A stretch of DNA of 64,000 nucleotides from the IMG/VR virus record IMGVR_UViG_3300028590_000009, positions 21,055-85,054 of that record; one strand, 5' to 3'. Every line of letters begins with the position of its first letter. Position 1 is the first letter of the stretch. Below are positions 1-9,083 of the stretch, piece by piece. Below the pieces are notes generated by a model. The model made no database searches. It was given only the letters and a program-made list of their open reading frames with translations, and had not been told where the DNA came from. The translations under genes were made by a program, and so were the position numbers. Source of the DNA: a virus.

Positions 1-1
1 C

Positions 2-133
2 ACCTACACCCACGTCGGCCTGTGGTCGTCTTCGTCTTCGGGCACGTTCCGTGACAAGTGCGCTCTGTCCCCGAACATCACGTTGAGTGCCACTGGCACG
101 ATCAAGGTGACCCCCAGCTTCACCCAGAGCTGA
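2..133 (+). CDS. C-terminal part of a minor tail protein (truncated by window start)
   Basis: Open frame TYTHVGLWSSSSSGTFRDKCALSPNITLSATGTIKVTPSFTQS*, resembling actinophage small tail proteins; stop lies 2 nt before the next ATG. Confidence 0.6.
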   Translation, partial: TYTHVGLWSSSSSGTFRDKCALSPNITLSATGTIKVTPSFTQS

Positions 134-135
134 TC

Positions 136-1659
136 ATGGTCGCGCTCCCACAGCGGCAGTCCACGACTGCATCGCGTCCGGCGCGCACCACGGTCACGAT
201 CCCGCGACGGTTCCTGTACTCCCCGCCTCCGGTCGCTCACTGGTCCGGTGTGGGCACTCTCGCCGCGACAGCTGTGCCGCGAGCGCTCGCCCTGTTCACT
301 GGTTCGGGTTCGGTTTCGGCTGCGGGTGGTGGCGTCGCTACTGCTGGCTTCACAGGCTCGGGTGAACTGTTCGCGTTCGTCGGCGATCCGCAAACGGGCG
401 CGGCGTTCACGGGCGAGGGTGTGTTGTCGGCGACTGCGAAAGCGGTTGCTACAGCGGCATTCACTGGCTCAGGTAGCGCGTCTGCCTCCTCTGCGGGTGT
501 CGGTTCCGCTGGGTTCTCCAGCGTCGGCACCGTTTCCGCGAGTGGTGCGGGTGCGGCTACGGCCGGGTTCACTGCTTCGGGTCTCGTTGCCGCGACTGGA
601 GCGCCATCGGTCAGTGCAGCGTTCACCGGTAGCGGCACGCTGACAGCTTCGGGCGTCCAAGCCGCTACGGCGGCATTCACAAGCTCTGGGGCATTGTCGG
701 CTACGGCTGTCGGTGTCGCTACGGCCGGATTCACGTCCAGCGGTACAGCATCGGCCACGGGTTCACCGCAAGCCAATGCAGGCTTCACGGGCGCTGGCAC
801 GTTGGCTGCGTTCACGAACTCGACTTCGGCCCCGTTCACGAACAACGGCAACCTTGCCGCGGTTGGTGCAGGCGGCGCGACGGGTCCGTTCACGAACTCG
901 GGTGTCCTCGCTGCGGTCGGTTCGCCTCGCGTGACTCCAGGCTTCACGAGCACGGGCACGCTATCGGCTACAGCGGTCGCTATCGCCAACGCACCGTTCA
1001 CGAGTGCAGGCACCCTCGCCGCTCCTGGTTCACCCCAAGCGGCTGCGGGATTCACCAACAACGGCAACCTCGCTGCTGCTGGTTCTCCTCGCGGTTTGGC
1101 CGGGTTCACGAACACGGGCGATCTGGCGGCTTCGGGCGCGGGTCGTGGCACGGCAGCGTTCACCGGTTCGGCAACGGTCTCCGCGACTGGTGCTGGCGCA
1201 GGCAACGCGGCGTTCACGGGTTCGGGTTCGCTCAGCGCGTCGGGCAGTTCGACGTCGTTGTCTGCGATGGGCATGGACAAGTCCGGGACGATGGCTATCG
1301 CGTCCGATCAGACGGCCACGGTTACGGGTTGGACAGCACGGTCGGGCTACAGCGCGACGGTCATCACCAGCAATGCGTTGATGCCCGATGGTGGCGGTTC
1401 GGTCACGGTGCAGTGCAAGCTCACCTTGTCCTCGGCGTGGTTCTCCGGCACGGCGCTTGTTGTTCGTGTGATGAAGAACGGCTCCCAGATCGCGTCGAGC
1501 ACGATCCCGTTCAACTCGGCGAGTGTGACGTTCAGTCCGATCTCGGCGACGCTCACGAACGGCGATGCACTCACTGTGCAGTTCACGAGCCCGTTCGGTG
1601 CTTCGGGAACGATCAACGCTGGCAGCACGTCCACTTATCTCTACTACGACCTGGTCTGA
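136..1659 (+). CDS. Minor tail/fibre protein with ~18 Gly/Ala/Ser/Thr-rich FTxxGxLxA repeats and a globular C-terminal domain
   Basis: ATG 136 follows the upstream stop; 18-19 aa periodic repeats; position at end of tail module. Confidence 0.75.
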   Translation: MVALPQRQSTTASRPARTTVTIPRRFLYSPPPVAHWSGVGTLAATAVPRALALFTGSGSVSAAGGGVATAGFTGSGELFAFVGDPQTGAAFTGEGVLSATAKAVATAAFTGSGSASASSAGVGSAGFSSVGTVSASGAGAATAGFTASGLVAATGAPSVSAAFTGSGTLTASGVQAATAAFTSSGALSATAVGVATAGFTSSGTASATGSPQANAGFTGAGTLAAFTNSTSAPFTNNGNLAAVGAGGATGPFTNSGVLAAVGSPRVTPGFTSTGTLSATAVAIANAPFTSAGTLAAPGSPQAAAGFTNNGNLAAAGSPRGLAGFTNTGDLAASGAGRGTAAFTGSATVSATGAGAGNAAFTGSGSLSASGSSTSLSAMGMDKSGTMAIASDQTATVTGWTARSGYSATVITSNALMPDGGGSVTVQCKLTLSSAWFSGTALVVRVMKNGSQIASSTIPFNSASVTFSPISATLTNGDALTVQFTSPFGASGTINAGSTSTYLYYDLV

Positions 1660-1672
1660 CCAGGCAGGCATC

Positions 1673-1708
1673 TCGGCCCCTCGACCTTCGGGTTGGGGGG
1701 CCGATTTC
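1673..1708 (+). terminator. Intrinsic terminator ending the structural operon
   Basis: TCGGCCCCTCGACC-TTCG-GGTTGGGGGGCCGA hairpin followed by TTTC. Confidence 0.75.
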
Positions 1709-1725
1709 GTCGTCTCTAGGCGCGG

Positions 1726-1834
1726 ACAGGAAGGGCGTTCCGACGGCGTTCGAACGCTCGCGGGGAAGGGGTAAGGGAAGGGGTTATCTCTCGTTACGTC
1801 GTACTTACGTTTTCTTAGATGACGCGCGCGCGAG
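1726..1834 (+). repeat. Diverged intergenic copy of the origin-like segment inside the replication initiator gene (22320-22436)
   Basis: Same block order: 11-bp iterons, CGCGGGGAAGGGG..AAGGGGTTATCTC, AT-richer spacer, GATGACGCGCGCG..AG. Confidence 0.8.
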
Positions 1835-1851
1835 TGCGCGAGTGTACATCC

Positions 1852-1878
1852 TGAACCAGAGTGTGTGATGTAAACTGA
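1852..1878 (+). promoter_or_regulatory. Phage promoter motif (TGAACCAGAGT-N8-TAAACT), probably leaderless
   Basis: TAAACT 1871-1876 is 6 nt before ATG 1883; motif recurs elsewhere. Confidence 0.65.
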
Positions 1879-1882
1879 TGGA

Positions 1883-2542
1883 ATGACGACGAGCCTTCGC
1901 ACTCCATCTCGTTACAGCGCCTACGAGCGACTTCGGATTGACGAGCCGATCGTGCGTGGCATCGAACAGCACCTGTACATCGTCGAACTCGTCGGCGTTG
2001 GAGTGAAAGTCGGAATCACCATCAATCCGAAAGCGCGGATTGCGACGCATCGTAGGGATGCGGCGGCGTACAAGCGCGAGGTTGGTCGACTGTATATTTC
2101 GATCCCCCATATCGAGGCGAGGGAGAATGAGCGCCGCTTGATCGCGTTGGGGGATGGTCGACGCGAGTACATGGATGTCGACTATGAACGGGCGCTGGAC
2201 CTCGCGGGCCAGCTGCCGCGCACTCGCGCGACTCGTCAGCAGTCCGAATTGCTGAAGCCTGTCGAGCAGCCTGAATCGCAGTGGGAGTATTCGATCGAGG
2301 CTGCGGCGCAAGAGTTGCAGGGGGTGGGTTACATGACTGGCAGGAAGCGTTTGACGAAGCTCATGTGGTCTCTGGGCTGGCTGCGGCGGGCGCGGCAGGG
2401 AGGCGTTCGACCGACTCGGGATGCGATCCGGGATGGGTTTCTGATCTATGCGCCTGCGGATGATTCGAGCCCGTTTGAGGTTTGGGTGACAGAGTCCGGG
2501 TTGGCTCATTTGGCGGCGCTGTTCGAGCGAGCGGCGGCGTAG
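1883..2542 (+). CDS. GIY-YIG/T5orf172-like N-domain fused to KilAC/ANT antirepressor C-domain
   Basis: LYIVE..VKVGITINPKARI; C-terminal GRKRLTKLM..GWL..PTRDAI..G...VTESGLAHL. Confidence 0.7.
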   Translation: MTTSLRTPSRYSAYERLRIDEPIVRGIEQHLYIVELVGVGVKVGITINPKARIATHRRDAAAYKREVGRLYISIPHIEARENERRLIALGDGRREYMDVDYERALDLAGQLPRTRATRQQSELLKPVEQPESQWEYSIEAAAQELQGVGYMTGRKRLTKLMWSLGWLRRARQGGVRPTRDAIRDGFLIYAPADDSSPFEVWVTESGLAHLAALFERAAA

Positions 2543-2568
2543 TCGTGCCGTTGATTGTGTTTGAATCC

Positions 2569-2595
2569 TGAACTTGAGTGCATGCGATAGACTGA
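2569..2595 (+). promoter_or_regulatory. Phage promoter motif (TGAACTTGAGT-N8-TAGACT), probably leaderless
   Basis: TAGACT 2588-2593 is 6 nt before ATG 2600. Confidence 0.65.
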
Positions 2596-2599
2596 ATGC

Positions 2600-2764
2600 A
2601 TGAAGAATCCCGATCGTATGTCGTCGAGTTGGGCGCGGGCCATCTTGAGCGGGTTGCAGCGTCTCCCGCACGTCTATCAGGGCACGGTGCCTGCTGATGT
2701 GGTGCAGGCGCGGCGTGTGAAGGGTCGTGCGGCCCGCAAGGCGCGACGGGAGCAGCGGCGGTGA
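2600..2764 (+). CDS. Small basic phage protein (54 aa, not in ORF track)
   Basis: MKNPDRMSSSWARAILSGLQRLPHVYQGTVPADVVQARRVKGRAARKARREQRR; stop overlaps next GTG. Confidence 0.65.
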   Translation: MKNPDRMSSSWARAILSGLQRLPHVYQGTVPADVVQARRVKGRAARKARREQRR

Positions 2765-4292
2765 GCGACTACATCCGCTTCATCGAAACCTGCGATCACG
2801 AGGGCGAGCGTTGGGCGTTCTGGCTCCAACGCGACGGCAACGAAGCAGCCCTCAACGAACTCGTCGAGATCATCAGTGCCGCCGAGGATGCGGCGACCGT
2901 AGCCGAGGGCTACTGGGAGCCTGCATATCAACTTCTCGGCGATATCGAACCCGAGGCAGTTGTCGACAAGCTGGTCGAGTACGCCGAGTCCGGTTACATG
3001 GATGACGTCAACAAGGTTGACGGGCGACTCGATGTGACCGGGTTGCGTAATCGGGACTGGGAGTCCGTCTTCGACCTGCTCTACAAGGGCGGCATCAAAG
3101 CGTTCTTCGAGGTGGCGGAATGAGCTACCACTCTGGCCGTCACTGGCCGCCGACGACAACGATCGAGGATGAGTGCCCGTGTCCGCAGGAGGCATGCGGG
3201 TTGGTGGACCTTCAGCGTGCCGTCCCAGAATGCGAACACCATCCACTCAATCGGTGCAAGTCGATGCGGCAAGGTCATCGCGCGCAGGACTGCCCGGGGG
3301 AGCGTGCAGCATGACCGACTTCAACTTCACTCCACCCGAGCTGGATTCGATGCGTGCAGCAGTCGCGATCTTGCGTGCAGCCGACCGCGAGAACGTCACC
3401 GCTATCGAACTGCTCGTCAACGGCGGGGACGCGCTGGAAATCGTGCAGTCCCTCGCCGCACTCACGCTCTCGATCACGAAGTTCATCGGCATGGACGTGC
3501 AGGACTTCACGGCGTTCGTCGCCAAGGACATCACCCGCATGGAAAGCGAGCGCGCCGCATGACGTATGAGTGGCATGTGTTCCGCGAGTACGGCGTCCGT
3601 TACTGGCTGGCGTGGCATCTGGTCCGCATCGCGCATCGAGTGAAGGACACGACGTTCCATCAGGTGATCCGCATCGCGGATGGGTCTGCGGTCATGATCG
3701 AGGCGGATACGTGGGGTGCGGGTGTGACTTCCGCTTACGGCGTGTGCACAGACGTGCAGGACGCGGATGGCTGGCCTGAACTGCGCGACTTCGATGACTT
3801 CGATGAAGCCCTCGACTGGATGCACGAGGGTCACAATGTCTGATCGCATCTCCGACGCCCAACTGACCGAGTGGGTTGAGCGGTCCAGCTACCCGGATGC
3901 TGACGATGCTCACGCGATGGTGGATGAGCTGGTGTATCTGCGGGTGCTGCTCGCCGACTTCATTGATCCCGATCCGTGCTGGTTCGACCATCACGGCGGT
4001 TGTCAGGCGCACGGCTATCTGACGTTGGAACCAGGCGAGATGTGCCCGCAGGCTGAGGCTCGGCGCTACCTGGATGAGGTGAAAGACCATGGCTGAACAC
4101 GAAGCCCTCACCCGCCTGCTGTCCGCGCATCAACCGAGGGGTCGCATCTGCATCGGCTGCACCGGCTGCCCTGATGTCGAGTTCATGACCAGCGTTGACC
4201 ACGCCGAGCATGTGGCCGAGTTGATCACCGCGGAGTTCATCGTCACCCCGAAGTCGGCAAAGAATGCGCGCGAAGCGCAGACGGGATTCTGA
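2761..4292 (+). other. Six coupled small hypothetical genes (2761-3123, 3120-3314, 3311-3562, 3559-3843, 3836-4096, 4089-4292)
   Basis: Consecutive ORFs with 4-8 nt start/stop overlaps. Confidence 0.7.
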
Positions 4293-4293
4293 A

Positions 4294-5466
4294 ATGAAGT
4301 CACTCGAAAACGGCAAACTGCTGTCCTGGGCAACCGAGATCGACGAAGCCACGATTAAGCAGGCAACCGCCCTGACCAGGCTCCCGTTCGTGCATCCGCA
4401 CGTAGCATTGATGCCCGACGCCCATGCAGGCAAAGGTTCTAGCGTCGGCACAGTGATTCCGACCGTCGGCGCGGTCATCCCCGCTGCGGTCGGCGTCGAC
4501 ATCGGGTGCGGGATGGTGGCCGTCGAAACGGATATTCGCGACACCGATCTCTTGGGCAAAGATCTCTCGACACTCCGGGAGCGCATCGAACAGGCCATCC
4601 CGCTGTCGCCAGGCAACTACAACTCCAGGATCAACCGCGATTCGGCGCAGGAAAGCATCGACAAGCTTGAGCGAATCGCAGCCATCAACTCGGTGGATCT
4701 CTCGCACTCGCCGAAGTGGCGCGAACAGTTGGGCTCGCTCGGCGGCGGTAACCACTTCATCGAACTCTGCGTGGACAAAGCAGGCTGGGTGTGGCTGTTC
4801 TTGCACTCCGGGTCGCGCGGCGTCGGCAACAAGATCGCTCAGAAGCACATCAAGATCGCGCAGTCGTGGTGCGCTGAGAACGGCATCGAACTGGAAGACA
4901 GAGACCACGCCTACCTGTCCGATGCGACATACGAGTTCCAGGACTACATGTCAGAGCTTCGATGGGCGCAGAAGTTCGCCAGGCTGAACCGAGACGAGAT
5001 GATGGATCGGTTCATGGACGTGTTCGAAGACTGGCTCGGCTGGGCAGTGGTCGCATGCAATCGGATCAATACACACCACAACTACACCGAGCAGGTCGAT
5101 TTCGACAAGACGTCGGTCTGGCTGACGCGCAAGGGCGCAATCGATGCCTCCCTGGGCGTTTGGGGGCTCATCCCCGGTTCAATGGGTACCGGGTCGTATG
5201 TGGTTCAGGGTAAGGGCAATTCGCAGGCGCTGTACTCGGCCCCGCACGGCGCTGGGCGTCGATTCTCTCGCACGCAGGCTCGAAAGACCTTTACCGCCGA
5301 AGATCTCGCGGCGCGCATGACCGGTATCGAGTACCGTCACGGCGAAGAGTGGATTGACGAGATCCCGGACGCATACAAGCCGATCACGGAAGTGATGGAA
5401 GCGTCAGCCGACCTGGTTGAGGTCAAGCATGAGCTTCGTCAGATCTTGAACGTGAAGGGTACCTGA
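4294..5466 (+). CDS. rtcB: RtcB family RNA ligase
   Basis: Motifs MPDAHAGKG, VGVDIGCG, GGGNHFIE, HSGSRG, HHNY, RKGA, PGSMG, HGAGR. Confidence 0.95.
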   Translation: MKSLENGKLLSWATEIDEATIKQATALTRLPFVHPHVALMPDAHAGKGSSVGTVIPTVGAVIPAAVGVDIGCGMVAVETDIRDTDLLGKDLSTLRERIEQAIPLSPGNYNSRINRDSAQESIDKLERIAAINSVDLSHSPKWREQLGSLGGGNHFIELCVDKAGWVWLFLHSGSRGVGNKIAQKHIKIAQSWCAENGIELEDRDHAYLSDATYEFQDYMSELRWAQKFARLNRDEMMDRFMDVFEDWLGWAVVACNRINTHHNYTEQVDFDKTSVWLTRKGAIDASLGVWGLIPGSMGTGSYVVQGKGNSQALYSAPHGAGRRFSRTQARKTFTAEDLAARMTGIEYRHGEEWIDEIPDAYKPITEVMEASADLVEVKHELRQILNVKGT

Positions 5467-5528
5467 AGCTACGGAACCGCCCGAACGCCGGATGCCCGAC
5501 CAGGATTCGTCCCGGTCGGGCATCGTGC

Positions 5529-5894
5529 TCACTGAGGCGGCACGCGTACCGCGTCGGACCACACTGTTCCATTCCACCAACGCTGGCTACCTGAACCGTG
5601 TGGATCCATGTACCAGCCTGGGGGAGGAGCGACACCCGCAGTCGCCATCGTCGGCGCGGATGTCCTGCGCACCAGATAGAACAGCAGCCACCCGAACGCG
5701 ATGACCACACCGACCGGGATCGCCAACGCCACCAGAAAGACCGGTCCAGCACCCGCCATGTCGAAGCCCAGAACGTTCATGCCCACATAGATCAGGATGT
5801 ACAGGACCACAGAAGCGCCAGCGCAGACGACCGCTTGAAGCCATGCGGGTGTAGGGCCAGCAGGCGGTTTGACCTGACCCTGCGGCGACTGCAT
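5529..5894 (-). CDS. Two-TM membrane protein with C-terminal DUF2510 motif
   Basis: Two hydrophobic helices, then PPPGWYMDPHGSGSQRWWNGTVWS; ATG overlaps upstream stop. Confidence 0.8.
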   Translation of the reverse strand: MQSPQGQVKPPAGPTPAWLQAVVCAGASVVLYILIYVGMNVLGFDMAGAGPVFLVALAIPVGVVIAFGWLLFYLVRRTSAPTMATAGVAPPPGWYMDPHGSGSQRWWNGTVWSDAVRVPPQ

Positions 5895-6634
5895 CACCGC
5901 AAAGCGACCTTCGCCCCGCCAGAGAACATCGAATCGTGTAGCTCCAACGTCGTTGGCACCGTCCCCGCGGGCACATCGAACACCAGAGCAACCTGGATCT
6001 TGAAGCCCGGATTCAAATCCGACTCCCAATCCTCAGAACCCAACGCCCGCACAGCCGAAGAGTCATTCGCGAACTCACGGCCCTGCTCATCAATCAACGT
6101 CTGATTGCTATCGAAATAGGATTGCGGCTTGTTGCCCGTGTTGGTGATGTCCATGCGGATCACGATGAACTCACCCTTTGCGGTCACCGCCCGATAGCCG
6201 GATCCGAGCGCCGTAACAGGCGTTTCGACCGAGGTGACCTGGAACTCGAACTTGCCGTCACGCACCGCCGAACCAGGGGCTGCAACATTCTTGCCACGCG
6301 ACGGCGCCTGACTGGTCGGGGCGGCAGGTGCGGGCGCTTGCGGCGCACCCGGGGCGGCGACAGCCGCGATGGACGTCAGTGTCGTCGTCGATGCCGCATC
6401 TTTGGGATCGGAGTTGCTGGCAAGCCCCGCGATGCCCAAGCAGCCACCGCACAGCAGGATCGGCACACCGATGATGATGAACGGCCAAACGGGCGTCTTT
6501 TTCTTCGGGGGACGCGGCGGATACTGGCCCGCCATCGGTTGACCGTAGGGCGGCGGCTGAACCGGGTAACCAGGCTGTGTCCCGTAAGGCTGTTGAGGCC
6601 CGTTAGGTGGTGGTTGCTGCGGCGGATAGGTCAC
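5894..6634 (-). CDS. DUF4352 (Mpr-like) membrane-anchored protein
   Basis: Pro/Gln-rich N-terminus, TM helix, VRDGKFEFQV..TNTG..LIDEQGREF..LNPG..LVFDVP..LELHDSMFSGG; GTG with purine-rich RBS. Confidence 0.85.
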   Translation of the reverse strand: MTYPPQQPPPNGPQQPYGTQPGYPVQPPPYGQPMAGQYPPRPPKKKTPVWPFIIIGVPILLCGGCLGIAGLASNSDPKDAASTTTLTSIAAVAAPGAPQAPAPAAPTSQAPSRGKNVAAPGSAVRDGKFEFQVTSVETPVTALGSGYRAVTAKGEFIVIRMDITNTGNKPQSYFDSNQTLIDEQGREFANDSSAVRALGSEDWESDLNPGFKIQVALVFDVPAGTVPTTLELHDSMFSGGAKVALR

Positions 6635-6724
6635 GGATTCCCCTGCTGTGTTCGAGTTGATGTCATCAACCAATCGGTGTGGTCGATGACACGTTACGGA
6701 TGCCCACTATTGGGTATTGGGCGG

Positions 6725-7322
6725 TCAGCGTAACCGTTCGTCGGGGTACTCGGCGCGGCCCGCCGCGATAAACGCTTTCCGGCCCGCCCACATCCGCTCG
6801 AACACCGGGCCTGCTGTAGGTTCGCCCGCGTTGTTCCATGCCGTCAACGCGGCCCTCCACTCATTGAGCGCGAGACGATACGAGTCCCTGTGTGGATGGA
6901 TACGGATCACCTTCGCCGCGGTCACGTCGACACCCGCTCCAACGCGCGGATCTCATCCAGGAACTCAGTCGCCCGACGCTTGCGGGGACACTCGTCGATG
7001 TCGCACGCATCGTGGATCCGCAGAATCCCTTCCGCGCGCCTCTGATACAGCGGCACAATGTTCGAGACTTCACAGTTGTCGTTGATGATCATGATGTCCT
7101 GCTCGCATCGGGTTGGATCTTGCCCGCAGCCACGAGCGTGTTGAACGCGGCACCTTTCCGGGCGCATTCGTCACGTCGACATCCCTTGTGCCGCTGCATC
7201 GCCTGATGGGCTTCGGGGATGGTGAGTTTCTGTTCGGGTGCTTCGTGCGGCCACTGCTCAGGCCAGTACACGGTGTCGAACTGTTCTTCGTCTCCGACGA
7301 CGCGGATACCCCAACTGTTCAT
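6725..7322 (-). other. Three coupled small hypothetical genes (7089-7322, 6922-7092, 6725-6925) divergent from the XRE gene
   Basis: 4-nt overlaps; His/Cys motif AHQAMQRHKGCRRDECARK. Confidence 0.6.
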
Positions 7323-7588
7323 AGCTCGCCTCGAAATCGGTTCGCGGGCATGATGACCCCCTGATCGGCGTTGTGGGGTGCCCGGCCCCCTGGCCCAATC
7401 GCTGTGGAACGGCAGGGCCAGGGGTGGGAGCGGGATGAGGATTGCAGAGGCTCCCTGCCGGACACGCTTCAAGTACACCTCATTTCGGGCATACTGGAAT
7501 CTCCAACGCGGATGTTCGAGTTAATCGGCTGGACGTCCAATGCGGGGCATTCCACTACGGATGCAACCAGATAGCGAGGCTAACGATC

Positions 7589-8479
7589 ATGGCTGGTTCG
7601 ACCCTCCCGCGACGCGCGATGGGACGCCTCCTTGGCAAGCTGCGCGCCAAGGCCAAAAAGAGTCAACTAGCAGCAGGCTTAGCGATCGAAATGTCACCCC
7701 AGTCGATCGGGCGACTAGAGGACGGCCAACCATGCCGAGTCAGCAGCCCTCAAATGGAAGTGCTGCTCGACCTGTACGAAGCCACGGACGACGACCGCGA
7801 GACAGTGCGAGCGTTGATGCAGGAAGTCAAAGCCGCGAAAGGTGACCCGGCCGGCGGTTGGTGGCGCACCTACTCCGACGTCGTGTCATCACACTTCGAC
7901 CACTTCATGAGCCTAGAGCAGGCTTGCGACCGATTACTGACATTCCAACTGACCTTGCTGCCCGGCCTGTTGCAGACGTCGGACTATCGACGTTGGATCG
8001 CCACGACAACCGATCCAGGAATGTCCGCGGTCGATGTGGAACGGCGCCTGGAGTTGATCGCTCGACGTCAACGCAGACTGGCCGAGGATCCCGATTTCAC
8101 CTTGGAGGTGCTGTTGGGGGAGTCGGCGTTACGTCATCAGGTCGGCGGTCGCGAGGTGATGGCGCGCCAGTTGCTGCATTTGGCCGATGTGGGTGACCTG
8201 CCGAATGTTTCGATCCGAGTGATCCCGTACGGTGCAGGCGGTCATCCGGGGCTGGTGGTGCAGTCGTTCACTCTGTTCGAGTTCCCTCCGCTGCAATCGT
8301 CTCGAATGCTTGAGCCTCCCGTGGTGTTCGTGGAGGGCTTCACGGGCGCGTTGTTCCTGGAAGAGGACAGTGTGATCGATCGCCATCGGGAAGCTGCGGA
8401 TGATTTGCACCAGGTAGCGTTGGATTCGGATGACACCAGGAGACTGGTGAAAGAGATTGCAGAGGAGTATGCATCGTGA
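7589..8479 (+). CDS. XRE-HTH + DUF5753 regulator (Scr1-like)
   Basis: N-terminal HTH (SPQSIGRLEDG); LLPGLLQTSDY, LGESALRHQVGG..VMARQL, IRVIP, VFVEG. Confidence 0.9.
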   Translation: MAGSTLPRRAMGRLLGKLRAKAKKSQLAAGLAIEMSPQSIGRLEDGQPCRVSSPQMEVLLDLYEATDDDRETVRALMQEVKAAKGDPAGGWWRTYSDVVSSHFDHFMSLEQACDRLLTFQLTLLPGLLQTSDYRRWIATTTDPGMSAVDVERRLELIARRQRRLAEDPDFTLEVLLGESALRHQVGGREVMARQLLHLADVGDLPNVSIRVIPYGAGGHPGLVVQSFTLFEFPPLQSSRMLEPPVVFVEGFTGALFLEEDSVIDRHREAADDLHQVALDSDDTRRLVKEIAEEYAS

Positions 8480-8682
8480 CCAGGGAGTATTCCGGCGCGA
8501 AGTGGTTCAAGAGTAGCCACAGCCAGGCTGGCGGGGATTGTGTCGAGGTTGCCTTCTTGGATGAAGGCGGCATCGGTGTCCGCGACAGCAAGAATCCGAC
8601 CGGTCCAGCGTTGGCGTTCACGCCTGGCGAGTGGGCCGCATTCACTGCGGGTGTGCGAGACGGCGAGTTCGACCGCGCCTGA
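8476..8682 (+). CDS. DUF397 protein (Scr2-like)
   Basis: WFKSSHS..DCVEVA..VRDSKNP.GPAL.F...W.AF..GV. Confidence 0.95.
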   Translation: MTREYSGAKWFKSSHSQAGGDCVEVAFLDEGGIGVRDSKNPTGPALAFTPGEWAAFTAGVRDGEFDRA

Positions 8683-8695
8683 CTGATCGACCTGA

Positions 8696-8730
8696 ACCGC
8701 CCCGGTCCTGTGGAGACCGGGGCGGTTTTG
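8696..8730 (+). terminator. Intrinsic terminator
   Basis: AACCGCCCCGGTC-N7-GACCGGGGCGGTT followed by T-rich tail. Confidence 0.8.
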
Positions 8731-8866
8731 TGTTTCCGGGCGAGCGCGGGAGGTTGTGAGTATGTGCCGTGAACTGTAGGCTAGGAAACAAACTGGAAGC
8801 GTGAAGGCAACGGGTGGCGACCGATCCGGCCCTGGACTTTCACATATCCGTTACCGGAGGCTCCCC

Positions 8867-9061
8867 ATGACCACAACCAACCAGTGGCTCACCCGCCGCG
8901 AAGTCGCGACACTCACCGGATTCTCCCCCAAAACCTTGGAGAACTGGGCTGCCATGAAACCACGCAAAGGCCCCAAATGCTTCAGGGTCGCCGGACGCGT
9001 CAGGTACTCGCTCGACGACGTCACCGCATGGCAGCAACGACAGACCGTCACGGCGGCGTGA
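8867..9061 (+). CDS. Excisionase-like HTH protein
   Basis: WLTRREVATLTGFSPKTLENW..GP..RVRYSLDDV; GGAGG RBS; directly upstream of integrase. Confidence 0.8.
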   Translation: MTTTNQWLTRREVATLTGFSPKTLENWAAMKPRKGPKCFRVAGRVRYSLDDVTAWQQRQTVTAA

Positions 9062-9083
9062 CCCACACCCCCTGGAGGCTGTC

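Noticed and set aside
136-1260. Periodic GTTCAC repeats as a CRISPR array or DGR template
   Set aside because: They are in-frame codon repeats (Phe-Thr); no cas or reverse transcriptase gene is seen.
237-1280. Long antisense ORF, and similar ones such as 22918-24228, 47718-48908 and 60006-61058
   Set aside because: Shadows of GC-rich sense genes with no independent motifs or RBS.
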